From the NCBI GenBank assembly GCA_963668025.2, contig CAXXTH010000016.1:1-18193 (forward strand): a stretch of DNA of 18,193 nucleotides, in the 5' to 3' direction. Numbering within the stretch: position 1 is the stretch's first letter; every line of letters starts with the position of its first letter. Source of the DNA: Candidatus Hydrogenedentota bacterium (lineage in GTDB: Bacteria > Hydrogenedentota > Hydrogenedentia > Hydrogenedentales > SLHB01). This document shows positions 1 through 8,425 of this stretch, one piece after another. Made by a program: the position numbers and the translations under genes. The notes beneath the pieces are model-generated. The model was not told the DNA's origin and ran no database searches. It worked only from the letters and a program-made list of their open reading frames with translations.

Positions 1-1
1 C

Positions 2-1084
2 GCCGCTCTTGTACGCATCAAAGGCACGGGAGCCGAAATACTTGTTAAACTATTGGCCTTCGAAACTTCCGCTTATCCGGAAGCCTTTCGCATGCGCCTG
101 CTGGCGGCGCATCATTCCGTTCATGAAGCCTGCACGCTGAATTTCCAATTAGGCGAGTACCTTGCCGACGCCGCTGCGGCCATGATGAGTTATGCCCTCG
201 AGAATCATATTGAGGTGGATTTTATCGCCTCCCATGGCCACACTATCGCCCACGTTCCGCCGAAGCCTGGAAGCACGGAATGTGGCACCTTCCAAATAGG
301 CGAGTCCTCCGTGATCGCGGAACGCACCCACACACTGGTGGTGTCTGATTTCCGGCCTCGCGACATGGCGGTCGGAGGGCAAGGCGCGCCGCTGGTGCCG
401 ATAGCCGATTGGCTCCTGTTTCACCGGCCGGATCGGGTCGTCGGGTGCTTGAATATTGGAGGCATCGCCAACATCACCGTCGTATCGCCAGAACTGGATG
501 ATGTCTTCGCCTTCGATACGGGCCCAGGAAACATGATTATCGATGGGGCTATCCGCTTGTTGAGCCATGGCGAGCTGGCCATGGACCAAGATGGGGCCGC
601 CGCCGCGAAGGGCGAGGTCATTCCTGAGCTTTTGGAGTATCTGCTTGCCCACCCCTATTACGAACGAACGCCGCCAAAAAGCACGGGGCGGGAGGATTTC
701 GGCACAGAGACTTTCCTGCGCGACGCCATCGCCGCGCGGCGAAAAAAACATCCAATGGAAGACTTCATGGCTACGGTGACTGCCGCCGTTGCACGGACCA
801 TCCTAGACGCCTGCGAACGCTTCGTATTCCCCAAACACACCCTGGCCCGCCTTATCGTCAGTGGCGGCGGGGCGTACAACAAAACCCTCTTGCGTCTTTT
901 ACAGGAAGGCCTGCCATCCACGGCCGTGCGGACCAGTGATGATTATGGCATGCGCTCAGACGCCCGCGAAGCCCTTGCCTTCGCCATTCTAGGCAACGAA
1001 GCCATTTGTGGAACACCCTCGAATGTGCCCAGCGCCACCGGTGCTTCCCGGCCCGTGATTCTTGGAAAGTTCACTCCCCCATAA
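2..1084 (+). CDS. anmK: Anhydro-N-acetylmuramic acid kinase (5'-truncated by window edge)
   Basis: Frame is open from base 2 (AALVRIKG...), so the true start lies upstream of the window. AnmK motifs: FIASHGHT, TFQIGE, VVSDFRPRDMAVGGQGAPLVP, LNIGGIANIT, AFDTGPGN, PPKSTGREDFG, SGGGAYN, REALAFA. Confidence 0.95.
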   Translation, partial: AALVRIKGTGAEILVKLLAFETSAYPEAFRMRLLAAHHSVHEACTLNFQLGEYLADAAAAMMSYALENHIEVDFIASHGHTIAHVPPKPGSTECGTFQIGESSVIAERTHTLVVSDFRPRDMAVGGQGAPLVPIADWLLFHRPDRVVGCLNIGGIANITVVSPELDDVFAFDTGPGNMIIDGAIRLLSHGELAMDQDGAAAAKGEVIPELLEYLLAHPYYERTPPKSTGREDFGTETFLRDAIAARRKKHPMEDFMATVTAAVARTILDACERFVFPKHTLARLIVSGGGAYNKTLLRLLQEGLPSTAVRTSDDYGMRSDAREALAFAILGNEAICGTPSNVPSATGASRPVILGKFTPP

Positions 1085-1098
1085 GGGCGCTTGCGCCA

Positions 1099-2202
1099 TT
1101 AATGAATCCCTTGCCCATCCGCTGGCGTAGAGTTATCGTTCTCCTTGGATGGCCGTTTGCACCGCGCTAACACTCCCTCCGCCAGTTCAGGATAGAGCGA
1201 GCGCATGCAATCATCACAGAGGCCATGGGAAAAACGGAACGGTGTTTTTTGGCCCACATACTCCTCGAGCGTCACCCATTGGTCCGGTATTTCTGCTTCC
1301 GCCGAATCGATGCGGATGCGCTTGCAACTCGAACACACAGGCAGTAAATCCTCAAGATTGCGCACATGGGCTAACGTATTCGCAAGCTCCTTAATGAGAG
1401 CTTCTTTCTCCATTTCCGCTATTTTACGCCGTTCGATCTCCCGTTGAGCCATACTGAGTTCGGCGCGCACCTCGCCCACCTCCTTGAGAATGGCAAACAG
1501 AGGACGGTTTTCAATATTTACACCCACTTTCGAGTTCTGCCAATACAAATACAGATATAGAAACGGGCACGCGAATATAGAAATGAGGAAACGGCTCACG
1601 AGCGTGCCTGTCATGATGTTCCTATAATCAGGCGAACCTGCGAAAGCCCCCGTTGCAAAAAGAATCACGTCCAGCCACATCACGCCCAAAAGCGTCAGGA
1701 AGGCGCGAAGCCAGAGCCATAGATACGCCTTCCTCTTGCTGAAAAACTCCCAGGAAATCGCTAGAAACACCAAATCCGCCACGGTGGCCAGCACGGAAGC
1801 CGTGTTAATGCGCAGGCTCGGAATTGGCACATACCCCAACTGCGCATTGCCCGTCAGCTTAATCTGCACATGCAACACCAGCGCAATGATCGGCACCATG
1901 ATGGAAACACCCGCCACGGTGGAAATAGCGATGCGGGTGGCGCGCGGCCCATCGAATACATACACCACGAAAACGCCCAGCAACAGCGAGGTGTAGAACA
2001 CCGTCGAGCCCGCCATGAAGATGACGCCCCCCACCTCGACCTTCACCCCTGCGTCCGTCACCCAAGACATGACGGCCGTAATGCCCCCGAGCAAGGCATA
2101 AAAATAGGCCAGGCCGACACGGCTCCTCATGGAATGAGCCCAGAGCACCAATGAATAGACGGCCATTGCTTCCAGGATTAGGATGATGCATTCGTTTTTC
2201 AT
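1099..2202 (-). CDS. VUT/YhhQ-like integral membrane protein with coiled coil and C-terminal Cys-rich putative Zn-binding domain
   Basis: About 7 hydrophobic segments with VUT-like motifs (RINTAS..A..AD, WLRAFLT....WLD..LF..GAFAG), then a coiled coil (AQREIERRKIAEMEKEALIKEL) and LPVCSSCKRIR...W..LEEY...FSHGLCDDC. ATG at 2202 is preferred; TTG at 2211 is possible. Confidence 0.7.
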   Translation of the reverse strand: MKNECIILILEAMAVYSLVLWAHSMRSRVGLAYFYALLGGITAVMSWVTDAGVKVEVGGVIFMAGSTVFYTSLLLGVFVVYVFDGPRATRIAISTVAGVSIMVPIIALVLHVQIKLTGNAQLGYVPIPSLRINTASVLATVADLVFLAISWEFFSKRKAYLWLWLRAFLTLLGVMWLDVILFATGAFAGSPDYRNIMTGTLVSRFLISIFACPFLYLYLYWQNSKVGVNIENRPLFAILKEVGEVRAELSMAQREIERRKIAEMEKEALIKELANTLAHVRNLEDLLPVCSSCKRIRIDSAEAEIPDQWVTLEEYVGQKTPFRFSHGLCDDCMRSLYPELAEGVLARCKRPSKENDNSTPADGQGIH

Positions 2203-2399
2203 CCTGTGCAATATCCTTTACGTAGCAACACGCCTATCCAATGAAATCAGCTATATTGTGCGCTATACAAGACCACCTGGTCAATTCTTTTAACGCTTTC
2301 ACTCGATGAACAAAAAAGTGCTTCTTTTTACTCTGCGCAATAATTGACTCTTAATATCTGTTTTTGTATTCATTAATTATCCATTCGTGAAAATATAGC

Positions 2400-2428
2400 T
2401 TGACATGAAGAAGCTATCCCTGTATTCT
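2400..2428 (+). promoter_or_regulatory. sigma70-type promoter for the 2512-4596 gene pair
   Basis: TTGACA (2400-2405), 17 nt, TATTCT (2423-2428), in an AT-rich divergent intergenic region. Confidence 0.75.
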
Positions 2429-2459
2429 TAACGACCATAAACGCACTCAAACGAACAAA

Positions 2460-2484
2460 CCTCGAAGACCGAGCATCTTCGAGG
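2460..2484. promoter_or_regulatory. 9-bp perfect inverted repeat in the 5' UTR (operator or leader hairpin)
   Basis: CCTCGAAGA-N7-TCTTCGAGG between the promoter and the ATG at 2512. Confidence 0.4.
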
Positions 2485-2511
2485 AAACAACACCTGGAAT
2501 GGAATTGAGGT

Positions 2512-3711
2512 ATGGCGCCACAAAATGAATATCAAAAAGCGGATGCAGTAGAAATCTCCGCCGGAACCGCCTTTAGAACAGGCGCACCCACTAAGCGTTT
2601 GCGGATGGGTGTATTGGGGGGGAGGTTTGGGCAAAGCTTTCGCTGGGATCAGCATCCAGACAGCGAGGTGGGGGCCATCTGCGACATAAGCCGAGGCCGC
2701 CGTGCGGAAATGGCAAAGACATTTGGCTGCGCCACGGAATACGAGCGCTACGAAGATATGCTGGCCGATTCGTCCATCGACGCCGTAGCGATTTTCAGCG
2801 GCGCGCCGGTTCATGTCGAGCAGGCCATTCAGGCCATGCAGCGAGGAAAGCATGTCATCAGCGCCGTTCCCGCCTGCTTAGGCTCGATTGAAGAAGGCGA
2901 GCGTCTACTCGATGCCGTCACCTCCACGGGCCTAATCTATATGATGGCTGAAACAGGTTATTTCCAGCAAAGCACTATTTGTGCACGGAGATTTTACGAA
3001 GAAGGCCTTTTTGGCAACTTATATTACTGTGAAGCGGAATACCAGCATGCAGGTTTGGAGGAATATTTTATCGAAAATGGCCAAAGAACCTGGCGTTATG
3101 GATTTCCCCCCATGTATTACTCGACGCATCCCGTTTCGCAACTCGTGAGCGTGACCGGGGAGCGCATGGTCCAAGTCATGTGTAATGGCTGGGGCGACGA
3201 AGACCCGATCCTGCGGAATAATCCATATAAAAATCCCTTCTGGTGTGAGAGCGCATTCTTCCGGACAAACCGTGGCAACTCATTCCGGGTGAATGTGTGG
3301 TGGAAAGGGGCGCATTGCGGTTGTGAGCGGGCGCAATGGATCGGCGGCAACATGAGCTTTTACAGTGCGCACCCTAACGGCCTTGGGCCGGTCATCGTCC
3401 GTTCAAAATCTCACAAGGACCCGGATAACGCCAGATGCGTACGCTACGAATCCGCACTTGAACCCTATACCGTGCCCAATTGGTGGGAAACCGAATTGTT
3501 GCCTGAGCCATTACGCCGTGACAGCGGGCATGAGGGCTCCCATTCATTCCTGATACACGAATTCGTGGACGCCGTCACCCATCAGCGCCAGCCGGTTATC
3601 GATATCTACGAAGCGCTGGCCTATACGATTCCGGGCATCGTGGCGCATCAGAGCGCGCTGCGAGGCGGCGCTTGCTTGAAAATACCTCAATTTGAACGGC
3701 CTGCATCGTAA
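2512..3711 (+). CDS. Gfo/Idh/MocA family NAD(P)-dependent oxidoreductase, GH109-like
   Basis: Rossmann start (RMGVLGGRFG), YEDMLADSSIDAVAI, HVEQAIQAMQRGKHVISAVP, YSTH, GHEGSH, C-terminal IPQF; GAGGT just upstream of the ATG. Confidence 0.88.
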   Translation: MAPQNEYQKADAVEISAGTAFRTGAPTKRLRMGVLGGRFGQSFRWDQHPDSEVGAICDISRGRRAEMAKTFGCATEYERYEDMLADSSIDAVAIFSGAPVHVEQAIQAMQRGKHVISAVPACLGSIEEGERLLDAVTSTGLIYMMAETGYFQQSTICARRFYEEGLFGNLYYCEAEYQHAGLEEYFIENGQRTWRYGFPPMYYSTHPVSQLVSVTGERMVQVMCNGWGDEDPILRNNPYKNPFWCESAFFRTNRGNSFRVNVWWKGAHCGCERAQWIGGNMSFYSAHPNGLGPVIVRSKSHKDPDNARCVRYESALEPYTVPNWWETELLPEPLRRDSGHEGSHSFLIHEFVDAVTHQRQPVIDIYEALAYTIPGIVAHQSALRGGACLKIPQFERPAS

Positions 3712-3783
3712 TGAAACCACGTATGCCTTTCCATGGCGTTTCATGGAATTTTAGGATAATCTGGAGCAACAAAGGAGAATAAC

Positions 3784-4596
3784 ATGGACGGACGTTCTAT
3801 TCGCTTGCAGCGCCTGGTGGGACAGGAACGCTGTGTGATCATTGCAATCGATCATGGACTGTTTGACGGTCCCATCCCAGGTATGGAAAACCTCCCCGAG
3901 ACGGCCAGGCGCATTAATCCCGAAGTCGACGCCGTATTGCTGGCCCCGGGCATGCTTCGCCACTGCGCTTTCCTATTCGCCGGACGCCGCCGCCCCTTGT
4001 CCATTGTCCGCTTGAATTGGAACACGGTGTATTGCTTCTCGTGGAATTACCGGAAAGCCTTGAGCGTCGATGGGTGTTCCGCGGAGACAGCGCTGGCCGA
4101 AGGGATGGATATCGCTCTGGTGTCTCTCACTCTTCAAACGGGCGACGAAGAGCGCGACGCCCACAATGTCGAAATATTCGCGCGGCTGGTCCAAGATTGC
4201 CACGCCTTGGGCATTCCCGTTGTGGGCGAATATTTCCCCACGGGCCATCTGGGCATGGACCCCGAACAATTTCATGAAAACGTGCTCATAGGCTGCCGCA
4301 TCGTGGCCGAATTGGGCGCGGACTGCATCAAGTCCTTCAGCACCAAAAACTTTGAACAAGTCATCAAATGCAGCACGGTGCCTGTATTCGGATTAGGCGC
4401 GGAAAAACTGCCCAATCCCATCGACGCCCTGCGCCTGGCTCAATCAGAAGTGAAGGCGGGCGCGCAAGGAGTCGTCTTTGGCCGCAACGCCATCCAAGTC
4501 AGCGATCCTCACGCCTTTCAAGCCGCTTTGTGCGATGTCGTCCGGGCGGACGCCTGCCCAGAAGAAGCCGCCGCACGCCACGGCATACAAGCGTAG
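3784..4596 (+). CDS. Class I aldolase, DhnA/FbaB/LsrF family (substrate unknown)
   Basis: IIAIDHG, ELGADCIK (Schiff-base Lys), GVVFGRN; strong RBS AAAGGAG. Confidence 0.88.
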   Translation: MDGRSIRLQRLVGQERCVIIAIDHGLFDGPIPGMENLPETARRINPEVDAVLLAPGMLRHCAFLFAGRRRPLSIVRLNWNTVYCFSWNYRKALSVDGCSAETALAEGMDIALVSLTLQTGDEERDAHNVEIFARLVQDCHALGIPVVGEYFPTGHLGMDPEQFHENVLIGCRIVAELGADCIKSFSTKNFEQVIKCSTVPVFGLGAEKLPNPIDALRLAQSEVKAGAQGVVFGRNAIQVSDPHAFQAALCDVVRADACPEEAAARHGIQA

Positions 4597-4606
4597 ACTC
4601 CATATG

Positions 4607-4636
4607 CCCAAAGCGGCGGCTTGCCGCCGCTTTGGG
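4607..4636. repeat. 14-bp perfect palindrome, REP-like, possibly acting as a terminator or stabiliser after the aldolase
   Basis: CCCAAAGCGGCGGC-TT-GCCGCCGCTTTGGG, 10 nt after the stop codon, flanked by CATATG on both sides; no long U-tract. Confidence 0.7.
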
Positions 4637-4722
4637 ATCATATGCACGAAATTCCATCAAACTCTTGGAATGAAGGCACCCGCCTGTTTACAATGCCGCT
4701 GCAATAAAGGAGGCGCTGAGCA

Positions 4723-5535
4723 TTGATTCCCGTGCATGTGGTATTGTCCGATAGAAACTGGATTCTGGAGCGGCTGGCCGTGGAACTCGGCAAACGCCTG
4801 GAGTATGTGACGTACTCGATGAACCCCGAGCCCCGGGCAGGCATTCAATATTACGTAACCTATTCCACCTACCGGGGCCGCGTGTCCAAACAAGAAATGG
4901 CGCTCTTCACCCACTATGAAGAATTTGCCGCCTCTGCGGCGGTTAAGTTCAAAGAAGTGGCGCATGCGGTGGAACATTGCGTCTGCATATCCCCCAGATA
5001 CGCGGATATGCTGCACGGCTGGGGCATTGAACAAGCCACTGTCATCTCACCAGGCATTGATCTGGAACGCTTCACCCCGAAAATCCACATCGGCGTTGTC
5101 GGCCGCACATACAAAACGGGCCGGAAAGGCGAAGCCCTCGTCGCCCAAGTCATGGACATTCCCGAAATCGTGTGGCATTTCACCGGAGAGGGCTGGCCAG
5201 GTCCATCCGAGTTTGTCTCGGATGAGCAATTACCGGATTTTTACAACCGCCTCGATTACCTGCTGGTTCCCTCTTTTTATGAAGGCGGCCCCATGCCAGT
5301 GCTCGAGGCCCTTGCCTGCGGACGCCCCGTCATAGCGCCGCCCGTAGGCTGGACGCCTGATTTTCCCCATATTGAATATGAAACCGGCAACGCTTCGGAC
5401 CTGCGCCGCGTGTTAACAGAGATCATCGCAGAACGAATGCGGCTGCGCGTGACCGTGCTGGGCCGCACGTGGGAGGCCTGGGCCAAAGAACATGACCGCC
5501 TATTCCGCTCCCTTGCCGCTTCCATGGAGCCGTAA
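4723..5535 (+). CDS. Compact GT4-like (GT-B) glycosyltransferase
   Basis: AAGGAGG RBS before TTG; VISPGIDLERF, GR....RKG, PSFYEGGPMPVLEALACGRPVI (EX7E motif). Confidence 0.85.
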   Translation: MIPVHVVLSDRNWILERLAVELGKRLEYVTYSMNPEPRAGIQYYVTYSTYRGRVSKQEMALFTHYEEFAASAAVKFKEVAHAVEHCVCISPRYADMLHGWGIEQATVISPGIDLERFTPKIHIGVVGRTYKTGRKGEALVAQVMDIPEIVWHFTGEGWPGPSEFVSDEQLPDFYNRLDYLLVPSFYEGGPMPVLEALACGRPVIAPPVGWTPDFPHIEYETGNASDLRRVLTEIIAERMRLRVTVLGRTWEAWAKEHDRLFRSLAASMEP

Positions 5536-5629
5536 TTCGCGGCATCCTCATACAACCCTAATGCTCCTTCTGCTACACTTGGCGAAAGGATTCTTGCCCA
5601 TTGGATTGCACATAACAAGGTAGAGCTGC

Positions 5630-6625
5630 ATGCGAATCGCCATACCCACTGATGCATGGCTGCCGCAGACCAGCGGCGTCGTGACCACACTATCGCGGAC
5701 GGTCGAAGGTTTGCGCGCACGGGGCCACGAAGTGCATGTCATACATCCAGGCCTTTTCCGAACCGTACCATGCCCCACCTATCCAGAAATCCGCTTGGCC
5801 ATCTTGCCGGGACGCAAGATCAAACACATGCTTGACGCCTTCATGCCCGGCGCCATCCATCTGCCCACGGAAGGCCCCATCGGTATTGCGGCGCGCCACT
5901 ACGCTATACGGCGCAAACTGCCTTTCACCACCGCCTACACCACACGATGGCCCGAATACGTGCAAATGCGCATTGGCGTTCCGGTTGGCCTCACGTATCG
6001 CTTGTTACGCTGGTTTCACGGACGCGGCGCGCGGATGATGGTGTCCACGCCTTCGTTGAAAGCGGAACTCGAAACTCGAGGTTTCGGGCCTATCGTGTTT
6101 TGGAGCCGGGGTGTGGACACCGAACTCTTCCGGCCTCGATTGAAAAACGCCCTGGCAGGGCCACGGCCTATTTTGGTCTACATGGGCCGGGTTTCGGTCG
6201 AAAAAAACATCCAAGCATTTCTCGAGCTCCACGGCGGCGGGCAAAAAGTGGTCATCGGCGATGGGCCAGCCCTGGAAGGCCTCAAGAAAATATATCCACA
6301 CGTCCATTTCCTTGGGCGTAAAACTGGAGAAGACCTTGCGCGGCTCCTCGCCGCCGCGGATGTGTTCGTATTTCCTAGCCTCACGGACACGTTTGGCATT
6401 GTCCTTATTGAGGCCATGGCTTGCGGCGTGCCGGTCGCCGCATTCCCCGTAACAGGGCCTAAAGACGTGGTGCTCCATGGTGAAACCGGCTGGCTGGATG
6501 AAGGCCTGGATAAAGCGGTTGAAAAAGCCTTGGAAATGGACCCCGAACGTTGCCGCGAACATGCATGCCAATACTCATGGGCGCGCAGTATCGAGCAATT
6601 CGAACAGAATCTCGCTCTTCGGTAG
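5630..6625 (+). CDS. GT4 glycosyltransferase, Agt-like glycosyl-diacylglycerol synthase candidate
   Basis: MRIAIPTDAWLPQTSGVV, FRTVPCPTYPEIRLA, TEGPIG, WSRGVDTELFRP, YMGRVSVEKN, FPSLTDTFGIVLIEAMACGVPVAAFPV. Confidence 0.88.
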   Translation: MRIAIPTDAWLPQTSGVVTTLSRTVEGLRARGHEVHVIHPGLFRTVPCPTYPEIRLAILPGRKIKHMLDAFMPGAIHLPTEGPIGIAARHYAIRRKLPFTTAYTTRWPEYVQMRIGVPVGLTYRLLRWFHGRGARMMVSTPSLKAELETRGFGPIVFWSRGVDTELFRPRLKNALAGPRPILVYMGRVSVEKNIQAFLELHGGGQKVVIGDGPALEGLKKIYPHVHFLGRKTGEDLARLLAAADVFVFPSLTDTFGIVLIEAMACGVPVAAFPVTGPKDVVLHGETGWLDEGLDKAVEKALEMDPERCREHACQYSWARSIEQFEQNLALR

Positions 6626-6639
6626 ATGAAAGGAAACCT

Positions 6640-7506
6640 ATGCGCTATTCACGGTGGATTCCAACAGCCTGGCGCTTAACCGGCTTATTCGTTATAGCCG
6701 CTTTGGTTTCAGCATGCCCATCCTCCATTCCAGTGCAAGCCCAAGGAATGACCTTGCGCGAACGGCTGGCCGGTTTCCGCATCGGCGTGCATCGTGGCGG
6801 AAGCCTCCATCGCGACTCCAACACCCTCCATCGTTTTGAAGCCGCACGCCAAGCCGGCGCGGATATCATTGAAACCGATTTGCGGCTTACCAAAGATGGC
6901 ATTCCCATCATCATTCATGATCCTACCTTAGATGGCTCGACAAATGGTTCCGGGCGCGTCGAAGAGAAAACCCTTGAGGAGATCAAGACACTGCGCGTGG
7001 CGGGGAAATATCCTATCCCCACGTTCGAGGAGACGCTTCAATGGTCGGCGGGGCGCATTATCATCAACGCCGAATTCAAAACCCGGGATGTAATAGCGCC
7101 AGCCATCGCTCTGGTGCAGCAGTATAGCGCCCATGAATGGGTGTATTTTCAAACAAAATCCGACCCGGAACGCTATTTCTCCGCACGGGCGCTCGATCAG
7201 AAAATCAATCTCTTGTATAAACCCGAAGATGAAGCCAGCTTAAAATGGGCGCTCGAACTCGATGATGAGAATTTGGTGATCATTGAACTTGGCATCGGCA
7301 TGGACACTCCGGAAATCATCGAGCGGGTGCATGCCGCAGGTAAGCTCGCTTCAAAAAATGCATGGCATTACGCCGTATTCGACGAGTTTTTTGATTCCGC
7401 CGCCGATCGAGTATTTGAAAAAGACATTGATATCGCCATCACCAATCGAGCGGCGTGGGGGGTAGTAGAACGGGAGCGTTTCAATAAAACACCTGCTCGT
7501 CCTTAA
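6640..7506 (+). CDS. Glycerophosphodiester phosphodiesterase (GDPD) family lipoprotein
   Basis: Start reassigned to ATG 6640 (RBS AAAGGA 6629-6634); lipobox-like LVSAC; HRGG, NTL, GADIIETDLRLTKDG, IHD, INAEFK. Confidence 0.88.
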   Translation: MRYSRWIPTAWRLTGLFVIAALVSACPSSIPVQAQGMTLRERLAGFRIGVHRGGSLHRDSNTLHRFEAARQAGADIIETDLRLTKDGIPIIIHDPTLDGSTNGSGRVEEKTLEEIKTLRVAGKYPIPTFEETLQWSAGRIIINAEFKTRDVIAPAIALVQQYSAHEWVYFQTKSDPERYFSARALDQKINLLYKPEDEASLKWALELDDENLVIIELGIGMDTPEIIERVHAAGKLASKNAWHYAVFDEFFDSAADRVFEKDIDIAITNRAAWGVVERERFNKTPARP

Positions 7507-7589
7507 CATGGGCATGCCTAATGGCGCTTTAAGCCCCAGCTTTTACTGAAGTCTCTCGCAGGCGGCTTGTATTCTTCTCGGCGTCGCGA

Positions 7590-7621
7590 CTTTGCGTGGA
7601 ATATACTATATTCATGCAAAG
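7590..7621. terminator. Imperfect palindrome between convergent GDPD and TetR genes
   Basis: CTTTGCGT-G-GAATAT-ACT-ATATTC-ATGCAAAG; AT-rich stem without a clear U-tract. Confidence 0.35.
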
Positions 7622-7639
7622 CTGCCAAGAACGCCCGCG

Positions 7640-8257
7640 TCAGGTCATTTCGGAGAAGTCTTGCTCCATTTTTTGCAGCGCGGCGCCCGCTAGAAACAAA
7701 TCCAGCAGCTTATCGCCCAATTCGCGGGTCAGTTTGACGCCTGCGCGATTGACCCGGGCCATGATGTGCATATCCATGACGCCGCAAAACGCCATAGCCA
7801 CCTGTTCCGGTTCCGCCACCTTAATCTCACCATGCTCCATGCCATCGCGGAGCACATTCACAATCCTGCGAAACCGCCGCTCCCATAAAGCGAGTATGTT
7901 GATCTCTGGATTTTGCCCGGGTGCGGCAAAAAAAACATTCAAGATAAGTCGAATTTCGTCGGGGTACATTTCCGTGTGGATAAACGCAGACTGAATAACA
8001 GCTTGCAAACGACCGCGCACGCCATGGACGCCAGCCATTGCCGCATCCATCTCCGTGAGAAAATCAGAAAAACGCGACTCGACGACCTTGCGAAAAAGAT
8101 GCTCTTTATTTTCAAAATAATAATATAAAACAGGGCGCGTCACGCCAGCCGCATCAATAATTTCACGTATGCTCGCGCCGCTATACCCCTTCTGGGAAAA
8201 CAGCGTAAGCGCGCTCTCGACCAGCCGTTGTTCTGTTGTTACTACTGATTCGGACAC
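7640..8257 (-). CDS. TetR/AcrR family transcriptional regulator
   Basis: ALTLFSQKGYSGASIREIIDAAGVTRPVLYYYFENKEHLF helix-turn-helix; start reassigned to GTG 8257 with GGAGG 7 nt upstream (205 aa). Confidence 0.93.
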   Translation of the reverse strand: MSESVVTTEQRLVESALTLFSQKGYSGASIREIIDAAGVTRPVLYYYFENKEHLFRKVVESRFSDFLTEMDAAMAGVHGVRGRLQAVIQSAFIHTEMYPDEIRLILNVFFAAPGQNPEINILALWERRFRRIVNVLRDGMEHGEIKVAEPEQVAMAFCGVMDMHIMARVNRAGVKLTRELGDKLLDLFLAGAALQKMEQDFSEMT

Positions 8258-8325
8258 TGGACAACCTCCAGCTATATAAAGACATACATGCGACCTCTCG
8301 CGGCACAGGCAAAAGAATCGGGTGC

Positions 8326-8355
8326 ATAGTAGCTTTTTGCCCTTTTCCCTGTCAA
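8326..8355 (-). promoter_or_regulatory. sigma70-type promoter of the TetR gene
   Basis: Minus strand TTGACA, 18 nt, TACTAT. Confidence 0.6.
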
Positions 8356-8425
8356 TCGAAGCAAAGGCAAGAACACAGACAGTCAAGCACCGATGCAACC
8401 GACCCTAAAGCTCAGATAATAGCTC

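Noticed and set aside
53-55. TTG at 53 as the anmK start
   Set aside because: The frame is open to the window edge and the N-terminal GxMSGTSxDG motif is missing, so the start is upstream.
149-751. Long antisense or overlapping ORFs (e.g. 149-751, 6005-6571, 10389-10967, 13636-14136, 16643-17164)
   Set aside because: Shadow frames of well-supported genes in GC-rich DNA, with no recognisable motifs.
2344-2372. Second promoter TTGACT-17-TATTCA
   Set aside because: The -10 lacks the conserved final T, and the 2400-2428 candidate is better.
6550-6639. N-terminal extension of the GDPD ORF
   Set aside because: It overlaps the upstream GT4 gene; ATG 6640 has an RBS and gives a proper lipoprotein signal.
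7572-7600. Remnant of a CACGCAAAG-type tandem repeat on the minus strand
   Set aside because: Only one clear unit; too degenerate to support.
8258-8398. N-terminal extension of the TetR ORF
   Set aside because: It spans the predicted promoter; GTG 8257 has GGAGG and gives a typical TetR length.
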